Below, in pieces: positions 1 through 11,311 of a stretch of 64,000 nt of DNA (within the stretch, counting starts at the first letter, position 1; each line of letters starts with the position of its first letter). A program made the translations under genes and the position numbers. The notes below the pieces were generated by a model. It saw only the letters and a list, made by a program, of their open reading frames with translations, was not told the DNA's origin and searched no databases. Source of the DNA: Chlorokybus atmophyticus (taxonomy: Eukaryota; Plantae; Mesostigma and Chlorokybus algae); contig RHPI01002272.1 of assembly GCA_009103225.1 (NCBI GenBank), positions 13,451-77,450 on the forward strand, given 5' to 3'.

Positions 1-1112
1 GCATCCGACGATGCAGGGCTGTGGCCTTGCCGTAGTCGTAATCCTCATCAATACCTGCTACTTGCATATCTCAAAGCGTAGCCAACATGATGAGCCTTGG
101 CAATGCTGCAAGATGCATTCGCATCTCTGCAGATTGCTCTGCTCCTTGCAGCGTGGGAAGGCTGCACAGCCCTCGACCACCCATTGGTGATCAAGAGATG
201 CGACTGCCACTGTAGTCAGAGCACAAAGCCTTGCCACCGGTGGTGTACCCAGCGATTGGGTCGCCCGACAAATAGCCGTCACAGTCAAAATACCAGCAGC
301 AGATGCTCTGCACCATAACCATCGCCTGCAGTGTCAGCAACACGTGCGTAGGTCGATGTCTATAATGGGTGTGCGTGCGTTGAGTGCTGTTGGTAAAACT
401 GGCTGTGCATGCATGTACATTTGTCAGCATGCATACTCGTACATGTAGGTTGACCTACCAAAGTGGCTGCATGCGTGAGCGCGTGTCAGCTTTGTTGGAG
501 AAGGTATGCGCGTGCGCGTATGCATATTGGTTCATGTGCCAGGCATAATAAACAGGTTTCCCGTCAGTCTGTAAGACGTGTTGATGTAAGCATACGTGTG
601 TACACTGTACACACATGATGTGTAATCGTGCACCATATATGTGCCCTAATCCAAGCATAGGTGCAAAATGAGCATGTGTGTGCGGCCGCTCTTACCTCAG
701 TAAGGTGAGGGTTACCATACCCTGCAGCGCCGATTGCCTCACCCGCCTACATACTTAGCGCACATACCAGCGAGCACATACAGGTTCTGGCAAGGCAGCC
801 CAATTGCTATACTTACTGCCGTCCTGCTCCTGCAGCGCTGCTTCCGTCCTCTTTATCTTGAAGTCTGTGTCAGTTAGCAGCAGCACCAGCAAGAGGCGGC
901 AATGGAAGCCACAACAGCAGGAGCCAACATACTGACAGATTTCGGCAGCGCCGTGAAGTGGAAGCACTGCCAAAGGTTCAACTCTTGCAGAGCAGCGAGG
1001 TTGCTGAAGGTCTCCAGCGGCAACGTCAAGTTGTCGCATAAGGCTAGGTCTACCCATTTGAGAACAGTGAGGCTGCCGAAGGACTCCGGCAGCGACGCCA
1101 AGCTATTGCAAG
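1..1112 (-). pseudogene. 3' end (last LRR units plus post-LRR exons) of a TIR-NB-LRR paralogue, cut at about 1113 by a transposon end
   Basis: ORF 874-1101 reads SLASLPESFGSLTVLKWVDLALCDNL..LAALQELNLWQC (LRR). The nucleotide sequence is collinear and similar to about 50200-51300 in the same orientation; the peptide IAGYTTGG..CSDY.GSRIS occurs in both copies. Confidence 0.85.
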
Positions 1113-1900
1113 CACATGGAAAAGTCAGCGCAAACCGCAGTGGTCACAACCGTTGTGACCATCAGATCACGGGTTGGGACTAGACTCACGACCACGAGCC
1201 TACAGTATGGTGGCGACGTCCGACGACCATTAATGGTGCAATGTTACCACCTTGTTGCTGGTTCGCGGACCATACTGGTGTGATTATAACCAAGATTCAC
1301 CGCCAGTATGGTGCCGAATAATCCGCACCAGTCATGGCGGTGAGGTTACACCAGATGTGGTGCATACGGTCAAGACCACCATAGTTGTGACCTTCATGCC
1401 ATGCATGGTGTGTTACCACCTCGTTGCTGGTCCGCGGACCACACTGGTATGGCTGTAACCGGTATTCATGCTGGCCACTGCGGCATGACAATTACACCAT
1501 TAATGGTTATGACGATTGACACCAGTGTGACATGACATTTATACCAGTCGTGGTCATGACGGTCGGCACCATGGCGGCCTAACCGTGACGCCATGTATGG
1601 TGGAAACAGTCATCACCACTATGGCATGACCGCCATAACCAGTGTTGGTCATGACATTCATGACCACCATGGTCCAATGATCACCACAAGCATGGTGCAC
1701 ACTTTCACAACGAGTATGGCACAATTGTTATGCCAGTGTTGGGAAGATGCATCACCACAAGAAACCATTATTGGTTGTGGCAGTTATACGATGCCTGATT
1801 TCATCGCCATGCGAACTGCAAAAAGCATGCATAAGAAATGTACAACAACGCCAGTTGGCAACTCGCAATGCACCTGGAGTGAAACTTGCAGAAGGCCAAG
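1113..1900. repeat. Probable CACTA-type left terminus and subterminal region with many short dispersed GTGGTC/GACCAC/ACCATG motifs
   Basis: LRR sequence stops abruptly at CACATGGAAAAGTCAGCGC (1113-1131), followed by dense short direct and inverted motifs. The same 14-mer GGAAAAGTCAGCGC starts a similar motif-rich tract at 25407. Confidence 0.55.
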
Positions 1901-1960
1901 CAAAGGTTTATTAGTGCAAGTACATTATGTATGTACAATTTGCTAGCCAAAACATGCTGC

Positions 1961-4439
1961 TTATAACCCTACTAGAGCGTCAGCTTGCGGCAACACGCAC
2001 GAAGCAGCCCTGCGTGCTGCCTTGCCAGGCATCAGATACTCAGCACGCCATTGCACTCCTGGCTTCTTCTTCGTTAACCACCACACAACCTCGTGGTCTC
2101 CCTCCCACTCGACCCAGCGCTTGTCAAATGCAACCCTCAGCAACTTGTCGATTCGCTCACGGGTGGTAAACAGCAGCTTGGGGTCCTTAACAGCAGCTCC
2201 GTACGTAACACGATGCGCAAGACCTCGTGCACAATGGAGTCTGAGGGGTTTTCCTTCACATCGCAGCAGACAGCAGCGGCGCGGAGCCGCGCTTCATAGG
2301 TTCCAGACAAGCTGGGGTCTGCATTTTGCAACCCCACGACAGTGTGAGACAGCAGCAGCTACGGCGATGACAACTATAACATATTGACTATGATTCACCT
2401 CTGTATCACCTTCGAGCGAAGGGACCTCACGCGGGGTGGCACAGGCGTGATCTTTAAAGCACCATTAAAAACAGTCAGCGATGCCGCAGTTTACATCATT
2501 GCTTTCACTGCAATTAGGGCAGGGGCATACAGCATCCTGTGTGCACAAAAATGATGGTCATGCGATTTCTCGACCCACCTGTTACACACATACACAAGCG
2601 CATACATATGAGTGAAACAGGCTGCAATTTAGTGCTGTGTACATGGAATTGAAATGTATCTCTTACCCGCTCGCTTAGACGATGCGCAGACTCTCCGTGC
2701 CAGCCGTCCTTCTTGGATGCTGGTATGCAAATGCGGGCATCCATCGCGCTCCGACACTCGCACGGCGCACACCACGTAACCTGGATGGCGTATGAGCGGC
2801 AGGATGCTCCTGGAGTTATGCTTTTTACAATCCCCGTTGCCATTGCAAATGTAGTGAACGCTGGCTCCCTAGCACAAGCAGCTAGTGAATCAGAACATGC
2901 ACTTGTCCATGCATATAAATTTGCAGCATTTGGCATGCTACAACAACGATGCGCCGCAACATACAATGTACCTTGCTGCAGATGCCTCTTGCAGCTGCAC
3001 ATCCGATGGCGGTGCAGTAACATGCTGTGCATCCAGCCATATGCCAAGCAGCACAATGTTCAAACCCTTCTGGTGGTTATACGGCTGAAGCACCCCGAGG
3101 TCTGACCAGCAGATGTGGAGTTTGCACACGACCTACCGATGCGAACTCGCTTGTCCCGCGCCGCTTGTTTGCGCTCTTCCACTGTGGGGCCGTTGCGGTT
3201 GCCGCGCTTGCAGCTGTTGATGACCTTCTCAATGAACTGCCTATGTATTCACACCCATGCGCATAAGTATGCACCTCACCATGTGCAGCAGCTGCAGAAT
3301 GTACAGACAATGCAGCAATGCATGAGACAACATGTGCACTCACCCTCATCCCATGCAAGTTTGTAGTCCCCCCAAACCAGGGGCTTGTGTTCGTTGAAGA
3401 CTTCTCTGATGCACTCTCGTCGCTTGTCGATGTAGGCTGAGCTACTCTCGAAGTTGGCATTCCTTGCAGAGCCGTCGGGGAAGTGCTTCTTAATGACTTG
3501 AAGCAGGATCCGCCAGTTGTCCTGCATGACCATGGACTGACCTTTTTAGTTCTGTGCCAAAAACTGCATGCCTGCGCAAACAACATAATCAGACCAAGTA
3601 AGACTGAGTGCGATTTCGAACGGAAAACTCTTAGCAGAAGACATACGGTGTCTATACCTGCATGCAGTCCGCACTATCATGTACCACGTTGCAATAAACC
3701 AAGAGCAGACACGAGCATGAGACTTATGAACGGCCTACAGCAAGTGCAAGGCACTTAGCAGCCACACTGCCTGGCGTTCCGCAAGCACAAGTTCCACATT
3801 TGAAACTGCGACATTGCAACAATGAATGCAACGTGTGTGTGACAGTAGCTGGGATCAAGGCAAGTGCTTATTCCAACAGCAGCGGCATGAAATCTCAGCG
3901 CAGGTGGATTCAATGTAGGCCATAACCGAGAGCAAGTGGATACTGCCTGTTGGGATGCCTGCGCTAGGGTCGCCTTTCACGCGGAAGCACCTTTGGGCGG
4001 TGGGGTCTGTCGGACTGCTTTGTGGTGTCGGGAAGCCAGGCTCCACAAGGTTGATGATGTCAGACTCGGTGCCGCTTGTGAGTGTCTGCAATGGCGGAGC
4101 GGCAGTTTCTATGTCATGCAAAAGCTTGGAGATGACTCTCACTGGCAGACTCATGGCGCGGAACAACTCGCAGTTGCACGCTAAATACGCTGCACCATCC
4201 ACCATGCTAGTTTTAAACAGCTTTGCAAAGTCGCCGCAGGCAATGATGATGGTGGTGTGCTCAACTATACCCTCCACTGTCAGGCTGCCTACACCCGCCA
4301 TGGTAGCTGCGCCGCCGCCGCCGCCGCCGAGAGCTGCTTCACTAACTTGCGCTGTGCCGCAAAATGGAGCGGTTGGGGAATTTACAGGCAATCGTTTGGA
4401 TTTTCGTGCAATGCGCGTTGACCTCACCAGGTTGACCAA
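1961..4439 (-). CDS. Multi-exon gene of unknown function, divergent from the transposase (possible TnpA-like accessory gene); boundaries approximate
   Basis: Protein-like minus-strand segments: 3855-4439 (MAGVGSLTVEGIVEHTTIIIACGDFAKLFK...), 3276-3533 (NWRILLQVIKKHFPDG...), 2514-3056 and 1961-2300 (RVAFDKRWVEWEGDHEVVWWLTKKK). No family recognised. Confidence 0.45.
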
Positions 4440-5559
4440 TCTAGAGTCTCCAAACGGACTCGGTAGCGCACTAGCGCACTAGCGCACGTGACGTTGTGCG
4501 GTCGGTAAACAGTAGGCGGCGGCTAATCTGGCCGCGGGCGTAGGCGGTGGCGGCGGGTGGTAGAGTGTGTGCGCTAGAGTGGCTAGCATGTTCACCAGTA
4601 TATCCAAGGTTACAAAACATCAACTTTGCGACAGAGCATTCAAGCGCAAGAGGCAAGAGGATGCGCATCTGTTAGGCCATGCAGAGCAGCAGGAAACTAC
4701 GCAGAGCGGCATGTCGCAGTCCCAAGTCTTGGATGGGTTTGAGCCGCATTCTGCCGCGACAGACAGTACGCATGCTGAAAGCATGCACCATGCTGGCTCA
4801 TGCACGAGACGGGCTCGCCTGCTGGCTCAAGTCGTGCATTGGTGTATGCTCTCTGCTGGTGTAGCAAATGCAAAGGGCTCAAGCAGGTATGATGCATGCT
4901 TGCAGCATTGGTCTACAGCGCTGAGAATACACGCCTAGTGCATGCCGCACGTTACTCACATGGTGTTGCGTGTTAGCCTATTAATACGTTGAAGATTGGA
5001 CGGCACCTTCGGCGCGACCAGTTGGCGCAGGAGATGGTGCATGGCCAGAAAGCGGCTTCACCACTGCAGCAAACAAATGAGCATGTGCGAAACATCCTAC
5101 AGGAGCATCTGAAACAAACCAATTAGGAGCACGAGTCCTCAAGGAGTATGTTGACAATGTTGACATACACATGTGCAAGTGACACGCCAACAATATCAAC
5201 ATAAGAGCATGACTGCTACTGCCATTAATGCCATACAAGTCTAGGGGTTTTATACCCCGCCAGTTTCTACACACGTCTACATTTGCAAGCACCGCGTGCA
5301 CGATACTCAGCCTTTCAACGCGCTCTAAGTTGCGCTGTTTAGCTCACGACTAGAGCTTTTCAACGAGCTAAACCACGTCTGCTAAGCTTACGTATCCACA
5401 AAGCTACACGGTTTCTCCCAACGCTCTACTCAGCATCTAGTCCGGAGTCCGTCCTGGCTCGACCGTCTTGCTAAGTCCGGAGTCCACGTGCTCGGCCCAT
5501 ACCTTCGACTCTGGACTCCTGTGTGGAGGGCAAGCTGACCGGATACAAGCATCACCCAT

Positions 5560-8518
5560 GTGATACCTTCAACAGACAAGACGCTGGAGTTTATCCGCAT
5601 CGCGGATGAACGCGCGCTATCTGCTGCATTTATTGACGACGTGTTGAGGTGGGCCTTTGGCGGCCCGCAAAGCCTTGCTGCAATTGCATCCAGAAATCAA
5701 TGGCGGGATGACGAGCATGCTGCAAGCAAGGTACCACACAGCCGGTTTCATGCTTTGGCTGCATTAGGTGCGAGTAGCGGCTGTTGCCAGCGAAGTGCCG
5801 GATGGGGCTGTGTACGTTCACTGTTGAGCTTTGCCATGGCAATTCATGTGACAACGCTGTTTCTTTTGCGTGCTGACGTCAGTGTATTGGCTACATAACA
5901 TGTTGAAGCAGATGGGCATGCCCGTGCCGCTGAAGTATCATGCTTGCGTGAAAGATGGGCACTGGCATCTCTTTGATCCGGTGCCATTGGAGCTTGAGCC
6001 CGCTGATGATGGCACCAACACCCCAAATGGCAGCGTAGGGAGGCGGAGATGCAGCTGCTAATGAAGGAGAAGTGTCCTACCTGCAGCGCTGAGCGTGGCA
6101 GCATTGTAACCTTTACTACCAGTCTTTAAAGGCTCGCCTGCAGCTGATGTTGAAGTCGCCCTCTGTGTGCGAGCAGCTGCTGGAGTCCTGGCGCAAACAG
6201 GGCAACTAATATCGCAAGTCAGCAAGCCATGCACCGGGAGCACAGAGGGAAGTGTGGGACGGCAAGAAGTGGAGGCGGTTTTCATGGTTCTGGGACCCTA
6301 GCCAGCCTATCGTGTTGCCCGTGTTCTGCACCTATTGCAAGCATATGCACATACCGGAACATGACATCCCAGCCGAAGGCCAGATGTTCCTGGCGGAGTG
6401 GGTGTTCAATTGTGTGAACAGTCTGTGCCCAAAACCCAATAACTGGCAGCTGCGCCAGTGTACATGGAAGTCCGCAAACTTGGCGCTTATTGGTCATTGG
6501 GACGGCTTTTCTACTGCCACCACATCGAAGCGCAGCACGTTGGCTGTGAGCCTCCAAGTCCCGAATGGTGGTGAGTGTAGTGGCTGCATGCAATGCTGCA
6601 TCTAGCCCACCTTTGGTATTCATTTCTTGTCTCCGCGCAAGCAAGAAGGTGAATTGAAAGAACAACTCGTTGCTACCTGTTATGTTCATACCCAAGGACT
6701 CTGTCCCCAACGTCCCAGACAACTTCGATGCCTTCTTGGAGCCACTGGTGTTGGAGCTACAGAAACTGTACGCCAATGGCATGCAGGTTGAGTATGCTCT
6801 GTCCAACGCGCACGTGCCAACAACACTGCCTGCCCGGGCAGCGGGTGAAGTGTGCATGGTGCGGGCCATGCTCTTTCTCTGGACAGGCGACCATCCAGCT
6901 CAATGCGATATGGGCAAGTTTACTGGTGCCGGTGCGAGATGCCCTTACAGGCGGTGCCATGTGGTGGGCAACGAGGAAAAACGCAAAGCTCATCATAAGA
7001 ATTGCGTGGAGCAGCCAGATCACACGTTTACGATTGACTTGGTGGCTTACGACACCAAGCGTTATGTGTATTCACTCAATCGTGAGGTGAACCGTCACCC
7101 CCCGCCTGCACGGAATGCAGCGGAGACACATGAGGTTGCGCTCCGCCATGAACCCGACGCTGCGGGCATCGCGCCTGAATAGGCGGTGCGCAAGGAACTT
7201 GGATTCAACACTGGCGTCAAGGGATACAGTCCCCTGTGGCGCTTGTATGACTTGTACGAGTTCGACCCAGTTCTCGACCTGGTGTTCGACACTATGCATG
7301 TCTTGGCTGAGAACATGGCCAAGTCGCTGTGCAAGCGCTTGATTGGCTCGGGGGGTGAGGCAACAGGTGGATCAAATGCATTGGCTCCAGCGGATAGGAA
7401 GAGGGTCCATGACCGTATCGAGGCGTTTCAGAAGTCACTTACCACACAGCTAAAGGCTGGTCGTTTTCCTCACGGAATTACATCCAGGCAAGTCTTGTGA
7501 GGTGTTGTTGGTAAAGGGGTTGGTGGTTGAAATACGATAATCATCTGCGCAAATTGCCAGATGAGCGCATTTGCAGCACACATCTGTTGACGGTGGCAGT
7601 TTGTAACCAGTTATGCTTCAACCTTGCAGGCTTGGCTAGTGGAAGGCTTAGGAACATCAGAAGTTCGTGCAGCTGATCATCCTGTACATTACAGACTTGC
7701 TTAAAACTGTGGAGCAAGGTCTATGCATGACTGTGCATGAGATATTCCGCATGTTCTATAACGTTACACGGGTTGATGGATGGACCAGAGGCCACATGGA
7801 CTACGTCAATGCCTTGTTGCGGCACTGGCGAGTCATGTCTTAAGAGTACTTGGGGACGAACAGCAAGGCGCTGGAGCACGCTGCAGGGGCTGGGCACTTG
7901 CTTGAGGACCTCGTTAATCATGGCACGCATGAGATCTACTGGTGCTATGTATACGAACGAAAAGTACACGAGCACCTGGAGTTGCACATCAACAAGAAGG
8001 AGTACGAGTTCACGTATATACACAATGCGCGGGAGTGGTTTGTGTGCACGGTGGAGCAGATCAAGCTCGACAACATTACTGGTCTTTGCGACAGCGAGCG
8101 AGCATTAGCGCACATCATGACGCACTACAGGCCTTCTATCCTGGAGAAGGTGACTGAAGTGCAGCCCCTCAATCGCAAGGGTTGGTACCAAGCGCGCAGC
8201 ATGGAAGCGGCTCGTGCTCTGTGGCGTGTCATTGAGTTGCATCCGCATTCCTCTATCGCTGAAGAGGCATTGGATTGCGTCCTCATTGGTGATAGTTCAG
8301 TGAAACTGCTGTCCGACAGGGACTTCAGTGGAGTAGATGGCGTGCTGCAGTCCATGAACTGTACAAAGCTAGAGACAGCATTGCAGGTGGCGACTCACTT
8401 CAGGGCCATCAGCATACGAGGCGTTATATACAGGCTGTCATTTTGTGCTGATGCTGCGATTTGCCATGTTAGACACCGTGTACTGAATTGTGCTCGGGGG
8501 TGGCAAGTCGCAGTTTAA
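5560..8518 (+). mobile_element. CACTA/EnSpm (CMC)-type DDE transposase (TnpD/Tnp2-like), degenerate
   Basis: Motifs LALIGHWDGF, FLEPLVLELQKL, LFLWTGDHPA..GKF.GAGARCPYRRC, FDTMHVLAEN and WCYVYERK match the En/Spm Tnp2 pattern. In-frame TAG at about 7180 plus frameshifts or introns. Confidence 0.8.
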
Positions 8519-8603
8519 GCAATGGTATGCATGCGTTTTGCCTGGTTACAGTGGTGCGGACGAATTGTGATTATAATGGTATATCGTGTTAATCTAACAG
8601 ACA

Positions 8604-9770
8604 ATGTGCGTTTGTAGGAAGCAAGAGGACGTGGTGTATTGCGTCAGTAAACGTGAGGTGGCCATCGCGCAACTGTCTAGCATCCTGGTCCACGAGCATG
8701 TGTACTGTAGATGCGTTTTGCGCCTGAGGGTGTACTTTATATTCCATGGTGACTTGCATGGTAACGTTGTCGGTGACATGGCGGCGACCCCTGTCGACAA
8801 GGACCGCAACACTACGTTGTATATTCCTGCCCGAGATGTGCTGCGCAAGGCAATGCTGTTATCGGTGCCCTTTAAGAGTGCGCCGGATACTGATCGCCTT
8901 GCATACGACGTGCATTGCACGGTGGTGAGGTTGCCATTGTCGGATGTGGATGGCCCAGTGCATCCGGTCAGTTGTGATGTAGTCGAGCTGCGAGAGGGGG
9001 ACAACACCATGTGGGACGAAACGATAATTGACGCTGTGTAGGCGTGTCTTGAACACGGACGATGTGCTGAAGGAGGCCTTAATTCAAGTCCTGGAGAGTG
9101 TAACGCGGGGCTTAGCCAACTAGGCCATGGCAGCAAAAGTAGCTACCATAAGAGGTTGTGTATGGCTTATCAATGCTTCATAAGCCCTTCGTAGCCTACT
9201 CCACATTAACCGGCAATACATACAACCCGGCTCTAACCGCGACTTTACCTGCACATCTAGTCTTTCATGACCGGTAGGGCTAGGTCGCGTCCGGTCATGA
9301 CCAGCCATTACCAGTCATGCCGCATAGTTTTCCGCGACGACTTGCCACGTTGCTGCGCGCAGGAGCAACCCAGCGCATTGACTCAGTCGACTTAACCTCA
9401 CAGTTAAATTCGTAACCATTCTCACTAACTACCTTGCATCGTTTCCGACGTTCGCGAAAATTTACCCACTCACTCGCAATTCCTTGCGCCCGATGGGACT
9501 CGATCTCATAACCTCTAGAATTTCAGCTCCGATACCAATGTAACGCGGGGCTTGGCCGACTAGGCCATGGCAGCAAAAGTCGCTACCATAAGAGGTTGTG
9601 TATTGCTTATCAATGCTTTATAAGCCCTTCTTAGCCTACTCCACATTAACCGGCATTACAGAGAGTGCGCCGGAGTTTGCACACAGTTTGAAGGACTCCG
9701 CCGTGGTAAGAGCCAAGTCAAGTACGCGGCGATGCGCGCGTCATTCGCTGCCAGGAGGTGATCCGTAGTG
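8604..9770 (+). pseudogene. Downstream coding segment of the CACTA element, interrupted by the TRIM
   Basis: ORF 8604-9041 continues as VLNTDDVLKEALIQVLE|SAPEFAHSLKDSAVVRAKS once 9099-9665 is removed. Confidence 0.55.
9099..9660 (-). mobile_element. TRIM (miniature non-autonomous LTR retrotransposon), 562 bp
   Basis: Two 122-bp direct repeats with TG...CA ends (9099-9220 and 9539-9660, few mismatches). 5-bp TSD GAGAG at 9094-9098 and 9661-9665. PBS TGGTATCGGAGC (initiator-Met type) on the minus strand at 9526-9537. No internal ORF. Confidence 0.95.
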
Positions 9771-10009
9771 GCGTGAAACACTACGTAAGACGCCCAGCTG
9801 GTTTGCAGCCTCTGCCTGACTGGCGAAGGCACCAAATGTACTTGTAGAGAGAGGTTTTACATAGCACGGACTAACCCTTAGAATCACTTGATGTTGGCTT
9901 ACATGCGAGCGTCTCAATGCAACCCAGCTACTCCAACTGCAACCTCATCGTGTTGTCTAATATGTGCGCATTCGCATGCAAATCATACCTGTGCAAACAA
10001 CTATTCCAG

Positions 10010-10070
10010 CCCTAACCCTAACCGATAACCCTAACCCTAACCCTAACCCTAGCCCCAACCCTAACCCTAA
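10010..10070. repeat. Interstitial telomere-like (CCCTAA)n / TTAGGG tract, partly degenerate
   Basis: About 10 units: ccctaa ccctaa ccgataa ccctaa ccctaa ccctaa ccctag ccccaa ccctaa ccctaa. Confidence 0.85.
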
Positions 10071-10589
10071 CTGCCTGCCCTTAGCCCCAGCCTTAACCCT
10101 TCCCCTTAACCACACCGCCAAACCTTTCACAAAGCCCGCACACATAATTACCATTACGTGTACGTATGCATACAGTGACCCATGCAAATGAGTGCCCTGT
10201 GCAATTGCATTGGATTGTCACTTTGCGAAGGAAGGAGAAAGCCAACTTGAACTCCTTGCACAACACGCGGAACCTATATTAGTATGACCTTTTGGGATGC
10301 TTGAACACTGTACTTAAGTAGGGAATAGAAGTGGAGTACCGTGCTGTTGAAGCAGACTCGTATTCGTATATACACAAATTAGTTGCAAACATGTATAGTA
10401 TACACACTACTACACATGTAGTGTAGGAAAGGAATTGCAACAGTGTATATTAGTAAAGAAGTATACTACATGTAACTATAGCGGTATACACAACATGCAT
10501 AGTTCAAGTAGGATTGTATGATTACAATATTACTACCATATACAATATGCACACGTATATGGCCTAGATATGTACGTGTGTATATTGCA

Positions 10590-11010
10590 ATACATCCTTA
10601 TAGTGTAGTGGAGTGTCAAAGTGTAGTAGAGTGTTGTAGAAGTGGCATTGCAGCAGTAGTGTAGTACCTGATAGGTAGAACTAAAGTCGTATACGATGGT
10701 GCAAGTAGGAACCATTAATAGCCATGCACAATGTGTAGGCATGCACCTTATGTACATACAATTGTAGTGGAGTATTGAAGTGTGGTAGAGTGTTGTAGAA
10801 GTGGCATATAGCATTGGTGTAGTGTACTTCAATATAATAATAATTTCTATAGACATATATATTGTTAACATACACCCTTTTTGCACAAGTACACTATATC
10901 AAGTGTTGTGAAGTGTTGAAGTGTAGTGGAGTGTTGTAGAAGTGCCACTATAAAGTAGTGTAGAAGTGTACAAAAAGCCTAACTGGCGTAGTATGCACTG
11001 TAGTAGAAGT
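10590..11010. repeat. Three degenerate copies of an approximately 60-bp GTAG-rich unit (gtgtagtagagtgttgtagaagtgg) spaced about 150-170 bp apart in an AT-rich tract
   Basis: Copies near 10620, 10780 and 10920. Confidence 0.6.
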
Positions 11011-11311
11011 GGGAATGTATATTAGCCAGATACCTTGTCGTTACATGGCAGTATTTAAGCGTGTACATGGCGATGCAATGGTGGGTGGGTGTGCCATATA
11101 CAGTGGCAGGCAGTTGGTGGAGTTTGGTGAAACACATAACCAAGTACAACACACGCATGCCTATGCACTACGCAACACACGGGGCGACACATGCACACAG
11201 CAAACAGCACATGTACACAATGCCAGCACGTGTACAGACCACACTGCCAGCTTGGCAAACCTACGACTCAACCATACAGCGTCTACTGCTGCCTCTCGCC
11301 CGAGCGAGCAA

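Noticed and set aside
1120-1900. CRISPR-like array
   Set aside because: Motifs are short, irregularly spaced and in both orientations, with no constant repeat-spacer period; the context is eukaryotic.
5297-5540. Possible solo LTR or small insertion within the transposase gene (internal repeat AGTCCGGAGTCC x2)
   Set aside because: No TG...CA ends with a TSD could be identified.
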